64,000 bases of DNA. It comes from Escherichia phage vB_EcoP_PAS59. This document shows, one piece after another, positions 43,847-54,363 of this stretch. The translations under genes were made by a program, and so were the position numbers. Each line of letters opens with the position of its first letter. Position 1 is the first letter of the stretch. The DNA lies in sequence record OQ921332.1; one strand, 5' to 3'. A model generated the notes under the pieces. The model was not told the origin of the DNA. It saw only the letters and a program-made list of their open reading frames with translations, and did not search any database.

Positions 43847-44442
43847 TGAGTAAACCTTTAGTAGTAATCCTAAATGGACCTCCGGGTTGTGGTAAAGATA
43901 CAATCGCTAATGCTTGGTTAGAGAAGACAGCTGGTAACACTGAGTTTAGACCGCATGTAAAGGCTTTTAAGGAGCCTATGTATCGGGTGGCTGCTGCTGC
44001 ATTAGGTCTCCCTCTTTATGAGTTCATGGAGCTGTACAACGACCGTGAGTGGAAAGAACTTGTCCGTCCTGAATGGGGAGGTAAGTCAGTTCGAGATTTG
44101 ATGATTGCAACTAGCGAGAATTATCTGAAGCCTATGTTTGGTGAGACCTGCATGGGTAAACTTGCTGTTAGCAGTATCCAACAACATATCCCATCACAGA
44201 ATGATGTTATCGTCTTCTCTGATGGTGGTTTTAGAGCAGAAGTTGAAGAACTAGAGAGACACTTCCATGTTCGAGTAGTTCAGGTTCTCCGCGATGGCTG
44301 CTCCTTTGAAGGAGACTCCCGTTCTTATATTGAAGGAACAAACCTACCAACCTACCTCCTCTTTAATGACCGTTCTGTAGAAGAGGCAGTTGAGGATTTA
44401 GAGTGGATTATTGAAGGGACACGGAGAGATCTCTATGTCTGA
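43846..44442 (+). CDS. P-loop nucleotide kinase (dNMP kinase-like)
   Basis: ORF track; Walker A ILNGPPGCGKDT. Confidence 0.55.
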   Translation: MSKPLVVILNGPPGCGKDTIANAWLEKTAGNTEFRPHVKAFKEPMYRVAAAALGLPLYEFMELYNDREWKELVRPEWGGKSVRDLMIATSENYLKPMFGETCMGKLAVSSIQQHIPSQNDVIVFSDGGFRAEVEELERHFHVRVVQVLRDGCSFEGDSRSYIEGTNLPTYLLFNDRSVEEAVEDLEWIIEGTRRDLYV

Positions 44443-45253
44443 TGTAATCTATCCTGAAGTGGCAATTGTGGATGCAGATGTTCTACGATATGAAGTCGGT
44501 GCTCTTACACAAGAGCATCCTTTTCTAGACACAGGTCGTGTTCCAGTTGATTATGGATTCTTGATTGAACGACTTCAACATAAAATAGATGTAATCATTG
44601 CAAGGTCTGGTTGCGAGAAAACAATCTTTTACTTCAGCGAAGGTGGTAATTTTCGGTTTGATATTGCTAAGCAGCAAGGCTATAAAGCTAATCGACCACC
44701 GGGAGAAAGACCTCACCACTGGCAAAATGTCAGTGATTACATTAAAGAGAATTACGAATACGTAGAAGTTTTTGGGAGAGAGGCGGATGATGCCCTAGCT
44801 GAAAGACAGAGACGTGATAAGAACACTATCATTTGCACCCGTGATAAAGATTTGTTAATCACTCCCGGATGGCATTACCGTTGGGCTTGCGGGGAGAGAC
44901 AGAAAGAAGTACCTCCTCACTATGTATCAGAGGAAGTAGCATGGCAGAACTTCTTCTACCAGATGCTGATCGGGGATAGCACAGATAACATTCCCGGATG
45001 CGGTGAGAAGGTTGAAATGATGTGGGGTGGCAATCTAGTAATGCGTCGTAAAGGCATTGGTAGTAAGGCTGCAATCAAACTTATTGAGAAGGTATTCGAT
45101 AAGTGGACTCTTTATCATATTATACGAATGGAATACTATAAAAGGTTCGAGGAAGAAGCAGAAGCTAAGATGTTAGAAAATGCTCGATTGCTCTTCGTTG
45201 GACAAGCTGAAGGTGACCTCTTTGATTGGTCATGGTTAAACAAGGAATGGTGA
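44435..45253 (+). CDS. 5'-3' exonuclease (T7 gp6-like)
   Basis: internal ATG of ORF track 44411..45253; GYKANRP, CTRDKDLL, IGDSTDNIPG align with T7 gp6 motifs as recalled. Confidence 0.65.
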   Translation: MSDVIYPEVAIVDADVLRYEVGALTQEHPFLDTGRVPVDYGFLIERLQHKIDVIIARSGCEKTIFYFSEGGNFRFDIAKQQGYKANRPPGERPHHWQNVSDYIKENYEYVEVFGREADDALAERQRRDKNTIICTRDKDLLITPGWHYRWACGERQKEVPPHYVSEEVAWQNFFYQMLIGDSTDNIPGCGEKVEMMWGGNLVMRRKGIGSKAAIKLIEKVFDKWTLYHIIRMEYYKRFEEEAEAKMLENARLLFVGQAEGDLFDWSWLNKEW

Positions 45254-45741
45254 TCTTGGATAGAGAAGAGTTAAAAAGGCTTCTCAAGTATGATCCAAAT
45301 AGTGGTCAGTTTACTTGGAAAGTTAAGAAAGGTAGGAAGAATGTTGGAGATGCGGCTGGATGCTTTTATGGAAAACATAGATACCGCTGCATCAAGTTAA
45401 ATCAAATATTGTATCAATCTCATAGACTTGCATACCTTTACATGGAAGGTTACATTCCTGATTGTGTAGACCACATAGACGGAGACCCTTCTAATAACAA
45501 GTGGTGCAATCTAAGAGAAGCAACTTTAAGTCAGAATCAGTGGAACAGAAAGATCTCTATAAACTGCACTTCCGGAATCAAGGGAGTCTCTTTCCATAAA
45601 AGAGCTAATAAGTGGAGAGCTATTATTGGAGTGTCTGGGAAATCTATCCATCTAGGGTATTATGCAACTAAAGAAGAGGCTGAAGAAGCCCTGAGACTGA
45701 AAAGAGAAGACCTACACTTAGGCTTTCATCGTCACAAATAA
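45226..45741 (+). CDS. HNH homing endonuclease (HNH + AP2-like)
   Basis: ORF track; SHRLAYLYMEGYIPDCVDHIDGDPSNNKWCNLR. Confidence 0.7.
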   Translation: MVMVKQGMVILDREELKRLLKYDPNSGQFTWKVKKGRKNVGDAAGCFYGKHRYRCIKLNQILYQSHRLAYLYMEGYIPDCVDHIDGDPSNNKWCNLREATLSQNQWNRKISINCTSGIKGVSFHKRANKWRAIIGVSGKSIHLGYYATKEEAEEALRLKREDLHLGFHRHK

Positions 45742-45764
45742 AACTTGGGAATAAGGATATTATA

Positions 45765-45956
45765 ATGGGTAAATTTGACTATCGTTCGTATGATGAAAAC
45801 TTCTCTACTCGCGAATCTCGTAAAGATCAAAAGATTAAGCACCAAGCATTTGATCGTCGCACAGGTCGTATCCCTCGTGCTGATAAAGAATCACACCGAG
45901 TCAATAAACGCATTTGGGAAGACGCTGATATGGATGTAGGTTATGGCGAAAGCTGA
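45765..45956 (+). CDS. hypothetical small protein
   Basis: ORF track. Confidence 0.4.
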   Translation: MGKFDYRSYDENFSTRESRKDQKIKHQAFDRRTGRIPRADKESHRVNKRIWEDADMDVGYGES

Positions 45957-46347
45957 GAAGACAAGATGCTCTGGTCAGTGGACTGAAGCACGTTATAACT
46001 CCTTCATTAAGTCAGGGATTCGTTCTCTGACTAGGAAATGGAAACCTATGTTTGATTCTCTCAAAGAGGCTCAGACAGAACGTAAAATCAACCCTAAAAC
46101 TGGCAAACTGGCAATGCACTATAAGTGTGCTATGTGTGGTAATGATTCTCCTCTTAAAGACGTAGCAGTAGACCATATAGAGCCTATTGTTCCAGTGGAC
46201 CATGAAGCTACTTGGGATGAAATCATCGAGAGGGCTTTAGTTGAGAAAGATGGTTTTCAAGTCTTATGCAAAGAGCCTTGCCATAAGATAAAAACTAAGG
46301 AAGAGAATGATGCAAGACGTGAATTTAAAAAATCTAGAGACTCCTGA
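45943..46347 (+). CDS. HNH-family nuclease, putative
   Basis: ORF track; CAMCGNDSPLKDVAVDHIEPIV ... LCKEPCH. Confidence 0.5.
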   Translation: MAKAEKTRCSGQWTEARYNSFIKSGIRSLTRKWKPMFDSLKEAQTERKINPKTGKLAMHYKCAMCGNDSPLKDVAVDHIEPIVPVDHEATWDEIIERALVEKDGFQVLCKEPCHKIKTKEENDARREFKKSRDS

Positions 46348-46609
46348 AGAAAAGGAAGTCTTTGAATCCATGAACAAGGAAAGCACAAATGATCAAGTAT
46401 CTACGAAACAAGTTCTTCGCTTTAGCTATCGTAATTGGAGAGGCGAGATTGCAGACCGCTCCGTTATTCCTATACGAACCTCAGTTGCTTCTTCCCGTTA
46501 TCATAATGGGGGCAAACCTTGTTGGATAATGACCGCTTGGGACAATGACAAGAATGACATTCGAGAGTTTAAGCTCTCTGATATTATTAAGTATTATGAT
46601 TTAATCTAG
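46307..46609 (+). CDS. hypothetical protein (start uncertain)
   Basis: ORF track. Confidence 0.35.
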   Translation: MMQDVNLKNLETPEEKEVFESMNKESTNDQVSTKQVLRFSYRNWRGEIADRSVIPIRTSVASSRYHNGGKPCWIMTAWDNDKNDIREFKLSDIIKYYDLI

Positions 46610-46617
46610 GAGGTCTT

Positions 46618-47121
46618 ATGAATGAAGAGAAGTGGACCCATTTTCTATACTCCTCTGAATCTCCTTCTGGATTTCTCTGGAGGAGTAAACCAGCCCCTTT
46701 TGTAAAAATAGGAAGCGTGGTAGGTACGAAAAACAAGAAAGGTTATTGGGAAATCAACACCAAAAACTCTGGAAGAATTAAAGCTCATCGGTTGGTTTGG
46801 GAGTACCATAATGGACCTATCCCAGAAGGGTTTTTGGTAGACCACATAGATAATAACCTAGACAACAATACAATAGAAAATCTTAGACTTTGTAATGCGA
46901 AGGAAAGTGCTAGGAATACTAGAGGTTGGAGCAGTAAAAGAGATTCTTTACCTAAAGGTATTCATGACAACTCTCATGGAGGAAAGAATCCGGGATACTA
47001 CCAAGCTCGAATTTACATATCAGGTAAATCTTACACGAAATCTTCATACGATATCTTATATTTACACAGATGGCTTAAGAGTAAAAGAGAGGAACATCAT
47101 GGAGAGTTTAAAAAAGATTGA
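46618..47121 (+). CDS. HNH homing endonuclease
   Basis: ORF track; AHRLVWEYHNGPIPEGFLVDHIDNNLDNNTIENLR. Confidence 0.65.
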   Translation: MNEEKWTHFLYSSESPSGFLWRSKPAPFVKIGSVVGTKNKKGYWEINTKNSGRIKAHRLVWEYHNGPIPEGFLVDHIDNNLDNNTIENLRLCNAKESARNTRGWSSKRDSLPKGIHDNSHGGKNPGYYQARIYISGKSYTKSSYDILYLHRWLKSKREEHHGEFKKD

Positions 47122-47155
47122 TGAATTCGATGGATTCTAACATCTAGAAATAAAG

Positions 47156-47190
47156 AAGCCCCCTTCCTTTTCAGGTTGGGGGCTTTTCTC
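47156..47190. terminator. bidirectional rho-independent terminator between convergent transcription units
   Basis: AAGCCCCC-loop-GGGGGCTT with T-rich tracts on both strands. Confidence 0.6.
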
Positions 47191-47193
47191 GTT

Positions 47194-50100
47194 TTACTCC
47201 TTAGCTCGAACTCTAACACGGAGTTTAGCTTGACGCTTACTTCTCTCCAACTTGTCAGACAGAGAACCACGTTTGACTTTCAACTCTCCCTCGTCATTAT
47301 ACTTCTCCAAGAACTGTAAATACTCTTGTCGAGTAGTTGTCTTGTAAGAAGGAATCTTAGCATTAGGATTCGCTTCAATCACACGTCTAATCTTAGCTAC
47401 ATCATCCCTCCCTAAAAGTTTCCCTTTAGCTTGTTCTGCTGTAGAACCAAAGATCTTCTCAAGTGCTCGAGATTTGTTACCACCTGCCGAAGCAGCACCA
47501 AGTTTCGCAATAGCAGAATAATCATCAGCACTAAACCAAGCCACTGGATTATCTCCATAACGTTTCTTGTTCTCAGCAGCAGTCTGTAGAGCACGCACAA
47601 ATCGACGGTTGTTACCAGCCTTATCTGCACCATGAACCCTATCTAGAACCTCTGCAACACTCGCCAACTCCTGCAAGTCTTTCCCTTCAATAAAAGCTTT
47701 CTCTGCTTTGTTAGCAAAGTCGTCTTCCTGCTTCTTAATACTTTCAAGAATATCAGAGTTAGCCTGAGATCTTTCATCCTCAGGTAGAGCCGAACGAATC
47801 TTCTCCATTTCTTTCTCTTCATCTAAAAGTTTCTTAAAGTCAGAATCAACTTTACGAGCATCTTCGATAGCTTTTGATGTTTCTGCATCAAGGTCAGAAG
47901 TTTTCCCATCTGCATCACCAGTTGCCTTAGCAATCTCTCTTTCGATTGGAGTAGCTGTTTCATACTTCTTAACAAACTTCTCTACGTCAGATTCGATACG
48001 AGCACGAGCATTCTGATGTTCCACTGGAGTCATAGGTTTCTCTAACAAAGCATACCGATTGTCCATATAAGAACCAGCATACGCTTCAGCATCCTCCCTA
48101 GAAACCCCCTTCTCTTCCAAAGTGTTGACTAAACGCTTATGAATGTCGTCACGTTGACGTTGAACTGCCATTAGGTCATTCTCTCGTTCCTGAGCTTCTT
48201 TCAGAGCCTTATCTCTCTTCACTCTAGAATCAATATCAAACCTACGGTTCATTTCCTCAGCCTGTTCATACATCCTATTCCACTTAGCCTCACGAGCATC
48301 TTCCTCTGCTTCGGTCAAACGACGTTTGCGATCGAGGTAATCACTCTCAGCGTTGTGAATACGTTCAATAATACTACGGAAACGCTCTGGTGGTACTGGA
48401 GAGTTTTTATCATGGTGAGCAGCAAGCTGCTTCAAAGTACGACCTTCCTGAGCTTCTCTGACACTTTCAGGCAATTCTTTGAACATCTTCTCCATCTCGG
48501 ACTTCTGAGCCGCTATAGCTTCCAAGGACTGCTTTTCAGCTTCCATAGCTGCCTTGGCATCATTACGAGCCTTAGCTCTGTTACGGAGCGTCTCAAGACG
48601 TTCTTGACGTGCTTGCAAGTGTTTAGCCGCTGCTTCGTATTGAGAGTTCTTGTTAGCCTTGTTGAACATGTTAACTTCTCGGTTATATGTATTGATAAAC
48701 CCATCCCACACATCCTTCATTTGACCAACTTCCAAAGCCTCAACCCTTCCAGCTTTCTCTGAAGATTTAAACTTACTCTCCACGAAGTCTTCCATAATCC
48801 TACGCATAGCATCTTTCTGAGCAGGACGTAACGGTTCTGCATCAAGCAGTGTACCAATTTCATCCTGAAGCTCTTTCTTCTGATCTACCAGTTTAGGAGC
48901 ATCTTTCTTGTCAAAAGCTTTATTCTCTTCCAGAGCCTCTCGATAGAGACGGTCAAATTCATCATCTCTCTGTTTCTGATATAAACGCTCAGCTCTTCGT
49001 TTCAGTGAGTCTAGACTTGTGACGTTTCCACCCAAACCCTTCTCTTCAGCACGTAAAGCCTTAGTAGCAATATCAGAAGGCAACCCACGCTCTTTTACCC
49101 AATCAGCAAAAGAAGAACGAACATGTTGAGACTTAGCAGAAGCAATACCTTGCTGTGAAGCTAGCTGGTTTCTAGCCATCTCTTCATGACGCTGTGTGTT
49201 GTTTGCTTGGTCTTCCTGACGGATACGACGCATAAGCTCTTTAGGGTCTCCTTTATAAGAAAGGAAGTTTTCCGCAGTAGCTTTGGCTTTAGCAGCAGCC
49301 GAATACAAAGAACGAGCAAATCGGTCAGCACGATCTTTTGTTGCCTGACGGGCAGCAGTTGACATAGAAGCCAGACGCTCTACACCGAGTGATGGTTTAA
49401 CAGGCTCAGGAGCCTTCTCAGGAGCTTTGGGCGCACGAGCAGGTAATGGCTCAGGTTTCTCTTGAGGTTCCTCTACGGTCTTCTCAGGAGCTTCTTTAGC
49501 ACGTTCTGCTTCCTCTGCTTCTTGACGTTTCTTCGCTTCTGCTACAGCTCTGCGCTGAGCTACTAGTTCTCTTGCTGTCAGTGCTTCTTGCTGTGGTTCA
49601 GGTTCTGGAGTAGTGCTTTCTTGAGCCTGAGCAGCTTCCGCTTCTTGACGTCTAAGTTCTGCTTGTTGTAGAGCACGTCTTTGAGCAACTAAATCTCTTG
49701 CCGTAAGAGGTGTTTCAGTAGGAGCTGGAGAGGAAGGAATTTCTTCCGTCACAGTAGTAGCAGAAGGCTCCTCACGAACCGGTTCGGAAGGGGCATCATT
49801 TTGGGTACGGAATTTGATGTCTTCTGTGGTTGGTTCTTCTTCCATTTTTGCTCTTGCTTCTTCGGCTTGAGTTCTAGCTCGTTGTACTTCTAAATCCGCT
49901 CTAGCCAAAGAACGAATAGCTTCACTATTAGCTGACTGTTGTTTCTCTCGTTGAGCACGAGCACGATCAGAAGTGAAACGATTAAGTACATACTTAGCCG
50001 CACCAAGAGGATTCTTAACCAAGACAGGAGCTGGAGCTTCACGGAAACCATCATCAGTCAGAGAGGTCCAACCGCGATCTTGGTTGCTCATGAACTTAGC

Positions 50101-51639
50101 CGTGTTATTTAAAGTGAAAGCATCTTGAATAGGATTAAACCCTTCAGGCATACCTTTCAGTTTCTTCAACCCACCAATAGCCTTCTTCATCTCTGGAGAA
50201 ACATTATCAGAGAGCTTCTGCAACTGAGTAGCTTTCTCAATGAAGTTATTTAGATCTTCGCCATCACGAGCTTTGAAACGATTTGCTTCGCTGTAGAAGG
50301 TCTTGTAGGCATCAATAAAGTCACGGTCAGCTTGTGTACGGTTCTTAATGTCAATAGCACTACCAGTAAAGTCACCACTCGCTCGGAGAGCTACTAACTC
50401 TCGGTCTAGGTTGTCTAGAACATCAGTAAGAGCCTTGGTGTTGTCTTTAGTGTAGTCAGCCATCGCATCTTTCATTGCTACAGCTTGTTTCTGGTTATAC
50501 TCATTGTCAGCAAAAGCTTTACCTTGAGTCTTCTTAGGAGAAGCTAAAGGATTGAGACCGGGAACGTTAGAACTGTCTTTCTGAACAGTAGCAGCCTTCT
50601 CTGCACGACTTTGGTCTGTATTTAAGATGCGCTGAACAGCAGGAGAATCCATAGCAACTGCATCAGTGATACGGAAACCATTTTCATCTAGAAGATTTAA
50701 AGCAGAAGCAGCATTAGCATTCTCAGCTTTAGAGTAGGCTTCACGAAGTTCATCAGCATTAGCAGCTTTACGAATAGCTTCATCTTCAGCAGCAATATCA
50801 GTTTTAACATGCTCAGGAGTACGGTCAAATACTTGAGGGCTAGAACGACTTATCAATCCATGAACCCCACCAATTGCCCCACCATAAGCAGCACCAAGTG
50901 CACCCTCTTCAATAGCCCCTTCTAAGACATTAGCGAGAGTAGTATCATCCCCATATTTGTTCTGAGCTTCAGCAGCACCTACAATAGCACCACCCTTAGC
51001 ACCCGCAACTGCGTTGGAAGCTACGCTCTGTCCTACACGACCAAGAGTCGTAGAAGCTGTACCAGTCATACCCGGAAGGATTTTCTGAGCAGCGTAGTTA
51101 GCACCACCAACAAGAGCAGCATCCAGAACTGACTTGTCTTCGTCTTCTTTTGGAGTTTGGTCAGCATATGCACGACCTGTTTCACGAGCCGCAATAACAG
51201 CAGCAGCAACAGCAGGGTTTGCAACTGTCAAACCAATATCAGCAGCAACTCCAGCATACTGACCAGCTGTTTTACCAAAACCATCTTCTATTTTAGATAA
51301 GCGCTCTTCTAACAATTGCTTGGAGTTCTCTTGAATACGCTTACCGTAGCTTGTTTCTGAACCAGTTAAGTTTTCACCAATCTCTACCAGCCCACCTATA
51401 CCCCTAGCAGCACTAGCTGCAATGTTAGCACCACCAGATTGAAGAGCGTTAGACACACCTTGAGCAAACTCCCCAATAGCACCTCGTTCTTCTTGTTGTG
51501 GTTGCTCTTGTGGTTGAGTCTCAGGAATAGTGCCCCCTGCTGCCTTGTATTGTTCTCTCATTTGAGCCTGTTGCTCTGGAGAGGCATTCAGATACGCAGG
51601 AGCTTTGGAAGCTTCTTCCCACGATTTTAAATTAGCCAT
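47194..51639 (-). CDS. large virion protein (1481 aa; Ala/Glu/Lys/Gln-rich, long helical regions)
   Basis: ORF track; RBS AAGGAG on the minus strand; function inferred from size, composition and position. Confidence 0.55.
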   Translation of the reverse strand: MANLKSWEEASKAPAYLNASPEQQAQMREQYKAAGGTIPETQPQEQPQQEERGAIGEFAQGVSNALQSGGANIAASAARGIGGLVEIGENLTGSETSYGKRIQENSKQLLEERLSKIEDGFGKTAGQYAGVAADIGLTVANPAVAAAVIAARETGRAYADQTPKEDEDKSVLDAALVGGANYAAQKILPGMTGTASTTLGRVGQSVASNAVAGAKGGAIVGAAEAQNKYGDDTTLANVLEGAIEEGALGAAYGGAIGGVHGLISRSSPQVFDRTPEHVKTDIAAEDEAIRKAANADELREAYSKAENANAASALNLLDENGFRITDAVAMDSPAVQRILNTDQSRAEKAATVQKDSSNVPGLNPLASPKKTQGKAFADNEYNQKQAVAMKDAMADYTKDNTKALTDVLDNLDRELVALRASGDFTGSAIDIKNRTQADRDFIDAYKTFYSEANRFKARDGEDLNNFIEKATQLQKLSDNVSPEMKKAIGGLKKLKGMPEGFNPIQDAFTLNNTAKFMSNQDRGWTSLTDDGFREAPAPVLVKNPLGAAKYVLNRFTSDRARAQREKQQSANSEAIRSLARADLEVQRARTQAEEARAKMEEEPTTEDIKFRTQNDAPSEPVREEPSATTVTEEIPSSPAPTETPLTARDLVAQRRALQQAELRRQEAEAAQAQESTTPEPEPQQEALTARELVAQRRAVAEAKKRQEAEEAERAKEAPEKTVEEPQEKPEPLPARAPKAPEKAPEPVKPSLGVERLASMSTAARQATKDRADRFARSLYSAAAKAKATAENFLSYKGDPKELMRRIRQEDQANNTQRHEEMARNQLASQQGIASAKSQHVRSSFADWVKERGLPSDIATKALRAEEKGLGGNVTSLDSLKRRAERLYQKQRDDEFDRLYREALEENKAFDKKDAPKLVDQKKELQDEIGTLLDAEPLRPAQKDAMRRIMEDFVESKFKSSEKAGRVEALEVGQMKDVWDGFINTYNREVNMFNKANKNSQYEAAAKHLQARQERLETLRNRAKARNDAKAAMEAEKQSLEAIAAQKSEMEKMFKELPESVREAQEGRTLKQLAAHHDKNSPVPPERFRSIIERIHNAESDYLDRKRRLTEAEEDAREAKWNRMYEQAEEMNRRFDIDSRVKRDKALKEAQERENDLMAVQRQRDDIHKRLVNTLEEKGVSREDAEAYAGSYMDNRYALLEKPMTPVEHQNARARIESDVEKFVKKYETATPIEREIAKATGDADGKTSDLDAETSKAIEDARKVDSDFKKLLDEEKEMEKIRSALPEDERSQANSDILESIKKQEDDFANKAEKAFIEGKDLQELASVAEVLDRVHGADKAGNNRRFVRALQTAAENKKRYGDNPVAWFSADDYSAIAKLGAASAGGNKSRALEKIFGSTAEQAKGKLLGRDDVAKIRRVIEANPNAKIPSYKTTTRQEYLQFLEKYNDEGELKVKRGSLSDKLERSKRQAKLRVRVRAKE

Positions 51640-51672
51640 AACGTCTCCTTATAAATAAAAATGTCCTACCTC

Positions 51673-51684
51673 CTATATACATTA
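51673..51684 (-). promoter_or_regulatory. candidate phage-sigma promoter motif TAATGTATATAG (minus strand)
   Basis: reverse complement of plus-strand CTATATACATTA, ~35 nt upstream of ATG 51639. Confidence 0.45.
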
Positions 51685-51709
51685 TAAGAGATAGGACTTA
51701 GGTCTTAGA

Positions 51710-53377
51710 TTACTGTAACATCCAACTTGTGTCCGCTGGAGCAGAAGAAAGAGCACCTGTTAATCGAGGATTTGTAGCATCCCCACCAACAGCTGCTTCA
51801 GCTTCACTCTCAAACGTACCGAATGGGTCATAGAAACCAGCAGAAGGAATAGCACGGTTGACAAGAGCTGTCGCTCGTTTCTTATCCATACCAGAGCCAA
51901 TATACGCTTCGATCGTTGCTTTCTTAGCATCCTTAACACCCTTCTCAGCGGAAGTAGCACCAACAGTTGCCTGCTTACGAGCATATGACAGAGCAGCATC
52001 AGAGGGACGATAACCTGCTTTAAGTGACCATGTATTACCCAACTTAACAAAGATGGACGGGTCTTCTGCAAAGTGGGCTAAGTCATCAGCTTGGAGAGAA
52101 CGGTTAGCACCGATTTCTGCCCTTGCGGAGTTCATAATAGCCTGCATGTAAGCAGAACGAGCAGTTTGGTAATCCTTATCCTTAACAGCTTTGTCTGCCA
52201 AATCCAAGTCCTTATGAGACTGGTTGAACAGACCTGCTTTCTCTGCCCACTGCTTAGCAACTGTACCTTCTGCTGTGTTCTGAGCCAGACGAACTTCTTT
52301 CGGATTGAAAGTAAAGCTCTGAGCAGCTTTCTCTGCACGATCTGCTTTAACTTGATCACGATATCCAATAAGTTCTTTCTGTTTCTCAAACTGAGCATTA
52401 GCACGTTCTTCAGCAGCACGGCGAGTTTCAGCAGCACGCTCCCGCATAGAGTTCTCTTGAATCTGCTGACGTCTATCCCATTCACGGTTAGCACGTTCTT
52501 CATCTTGAGCAGCAAGAGCCATTTTCTCCTGAGGACTAATTTGACGCATTTTAAGAAGAGAAGGATCTCCTGAAGCAATTGCAGCAGCAACCGAGTCTTG
52601 AGAGTAGCCTTGCTCTAACAGAGCGTCACGATTAGCTTCTAACTGTTGTTTAGTTTCATCCTGAGCAGCCAAACCAGAGCCAATCTGGAAAGCTTCAATA
52701 GGGGACTTACCAGACATAATAGAAAGACCAACACCCATCAACCCTGTATAGAAACTAGACTTCTGATAGAAAGGTTGTTTTTGAAGTTCATTCCAAGCTT
52801 GAGCTGGGTCTTTGGCTTTAGCAACTTCCATAATATCATTATTGATACGCTCTTGATCTTTAGCACGGGTAGCACCAGCCATACCTTCAGGAGCAGGATT
52901 ACTATTAGCTAGAGTATTAATAACGTTCTGAGCCTGTTCCACCTGAACTGGAGAAAACTCTTTATCTGTTTCTTCCAGAGGTTTACGAGGGGGGGTAACA
53001 GGAAGAGGATCACTAGGCATTAATCCAGCAGCCTGTAAACCTTCATCAGAGGAAAGATCTGGATTAGCCACAGCAGGAGCTGGTTCACCGATATCAATAC
53101 CCTGAAGGCTCGTAGGGGTTCCTTGATTCTCTGATTCCAGAAGTCTCTGTCTGAATCCTGGGTTTAACATAGCCTCTTGATCTTCCTGAGCAGTAGCAAC
53201 AAGAGAAGATAAACCTACAGGAGAGGCAGGAGGTCTCTGACTATACATTGAAACATCAGCAGCTGGGTAAGCAGGTCTTGCCATGTATGGAGAGGCCGAA
53301 GCGGCCCCTTGTTTAACACCATAAATCTGATTTCTTGGGTCTTGACTGCGAAGATACGCATAAGAAGTTTGTTGCAT
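51710..53377 (-). CDS. virion-associated protein of unknown function (555 aa)
   Basis: ORF track; position in the structural operon. Confidence 0.55.
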   Translation of the reverse strand: MQQTSYAYLRSQDPRNQIYGVKQGAASASPYMARPAYPAADVSMYSQRPPASPVGLSSLVATAQEDQEAMLNPGFRQRLLESENQGTPTSLQGIDIGEPAPAVANPDLSSDEGLQAAGLMPSDPLPVTPPRKPLEETDKEFSPVQVEQAQNVINTLANSNPAPEGMAGATRAKDQERINNDIMEVAKAKDPAQAWNELQKQPFYQKSSFYTGLMGVGLSIMSGKSPIEAFQIGSGLAAQDETKQQLEANRDALLEQGYSQDSVAAAIASGDPSLLKMRQISPQEKMALAAQDEERANREWDRRQQIQENSMRERAAETRRAAEERANAQFEKQKELIGYRDQVKADRAEKAAQSFTFNPKEVRLAQNTAEGTVAKQWAEKAGLFNQSHKDLDLADKAVKDKDYQTARSAYMQAIMNSARAEIGANRSLQADDLAHFAEDPSIFVKLGNTWSLKAGYRPSDAALSYARKQATVGATSAEKGVKDAKKATIEAYIGSGMDKKRATALVNRAIPSAGFYDPFGTFESEAEAAVGGDATNPRLTGALSSAPADTSWMLQ

Positions 53378-53391
53378 AATTATTCTCCTAA

Positions 53392-54363
53392 TTAAGAGCT
53401 AGCTAAGCCACCGATAACACCGCCAGCTAAAGCACCCCAAGGGCCAAAAGCTGAACCAGCAGCAGCACCACTCGCAGCACCGCCTAGGAAGCCTCCACTA
53501 CCACCAGATGTTTTAGTAGTTGTGGTTGTTCCCAAAGCCCCGTTAAGAACCCCGGCAGCACCTAGTTGATTGTTAATATCCTGCCAACCCCAATTAGCAG
53601 CATTCTGAGCATTCTCATAAGCATTGTTCAAATCAGACTGCTGTTGTTGCTGCTGTTGCAGTCCTGCATTCCACTGATTCATCATTTGCTGTTGTGATAG
53701 CTGACCAGCTTGGTTTCCTAGATTAGCAAGGTTGGAGCCAATGTTAGATAAACCACCTAAAGCAGATGCTTGTGTTTGTCTATTACCAGAAAGAATGTTC
53801 TGTGCTTGAGTTAGAGCAGAGTCATAGGCACTATTAGTAATATTAGTTGCTGTGTTCTGCATCTGGTTCAGAGCATCACCCTGAGCAAAAGATTTAGCCA
53901 TACGTGCACCAGAACCTTGCTGACCAGCAAACTGCTGAGAGATTTGAGGAAGTGCATTCCTAGCCAAACTCTGTTGGGTTTGTTCATTATTCGCTGCAAT
54001 AGCTGCTTGCACAGCCTCGTCGTCATAGAGCTGGCCTGCAAGAGCCCCAATCTGTTCTCCAGTGATTTGACCAGAGTTTGCAAGGTTGTTATATCCAGAG
54101 TATGTGTTATCTAGATACCCTAAACCAGATTGAGCAGCATCCATGTATTGAGAAGAAAGTGCACCTAATGCACCAGATTGTGATAGGTTGTTCAGAGCCT
54201 CTTGCTGGTTTTGATTAAGTCCAACATTTTCTCGATACACATAATCGCCTGAACTAGTGTTATTAACCTGATTGACCAGCTGATCAATATAGGATTGAAT
54301 GTAGTCAGGTCTTGTCATTTTAGAAGTAGTCTTGCTACTCCCACCACCAAATAAACCTGCCAT
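53392..54363 (-). CDS. Gln/Asn/Gly-rich structural protein (paralog of 54822..55874)
   Basis: ORF track; shared LFG..S.KTT N-terminus and Q/N-rich repeats. Confidence 0.5.
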   Translation of the reverse strand: MAGLFGGGSSKTTSKMTRPDYIQSYIDQLVNQVNNTSSGDYVYRENVGLNQNQQEALNNLSQSGALGALSSQYMDAAQSGLGYLDNTYSGYNNLANSGQITGEQIGALAGQLYDDEAVQAAIAANNEQTQQSLARNALPQISQQFAGQQGSGARMAKSFAQGDALNQMQNTATNITNSAYDSALTQAQNILSGNRQTQASALGGLSNIGSNLANLGNQAGQLSQQQMMNQWNAGLQQQQQQQSDLNNAYENAQNAANWGWQDINNQLGAAGVLNGALGTTTTTKTSGGSGGFLGGAASGAAAGSAFGPWGALAGGVIGGLASS

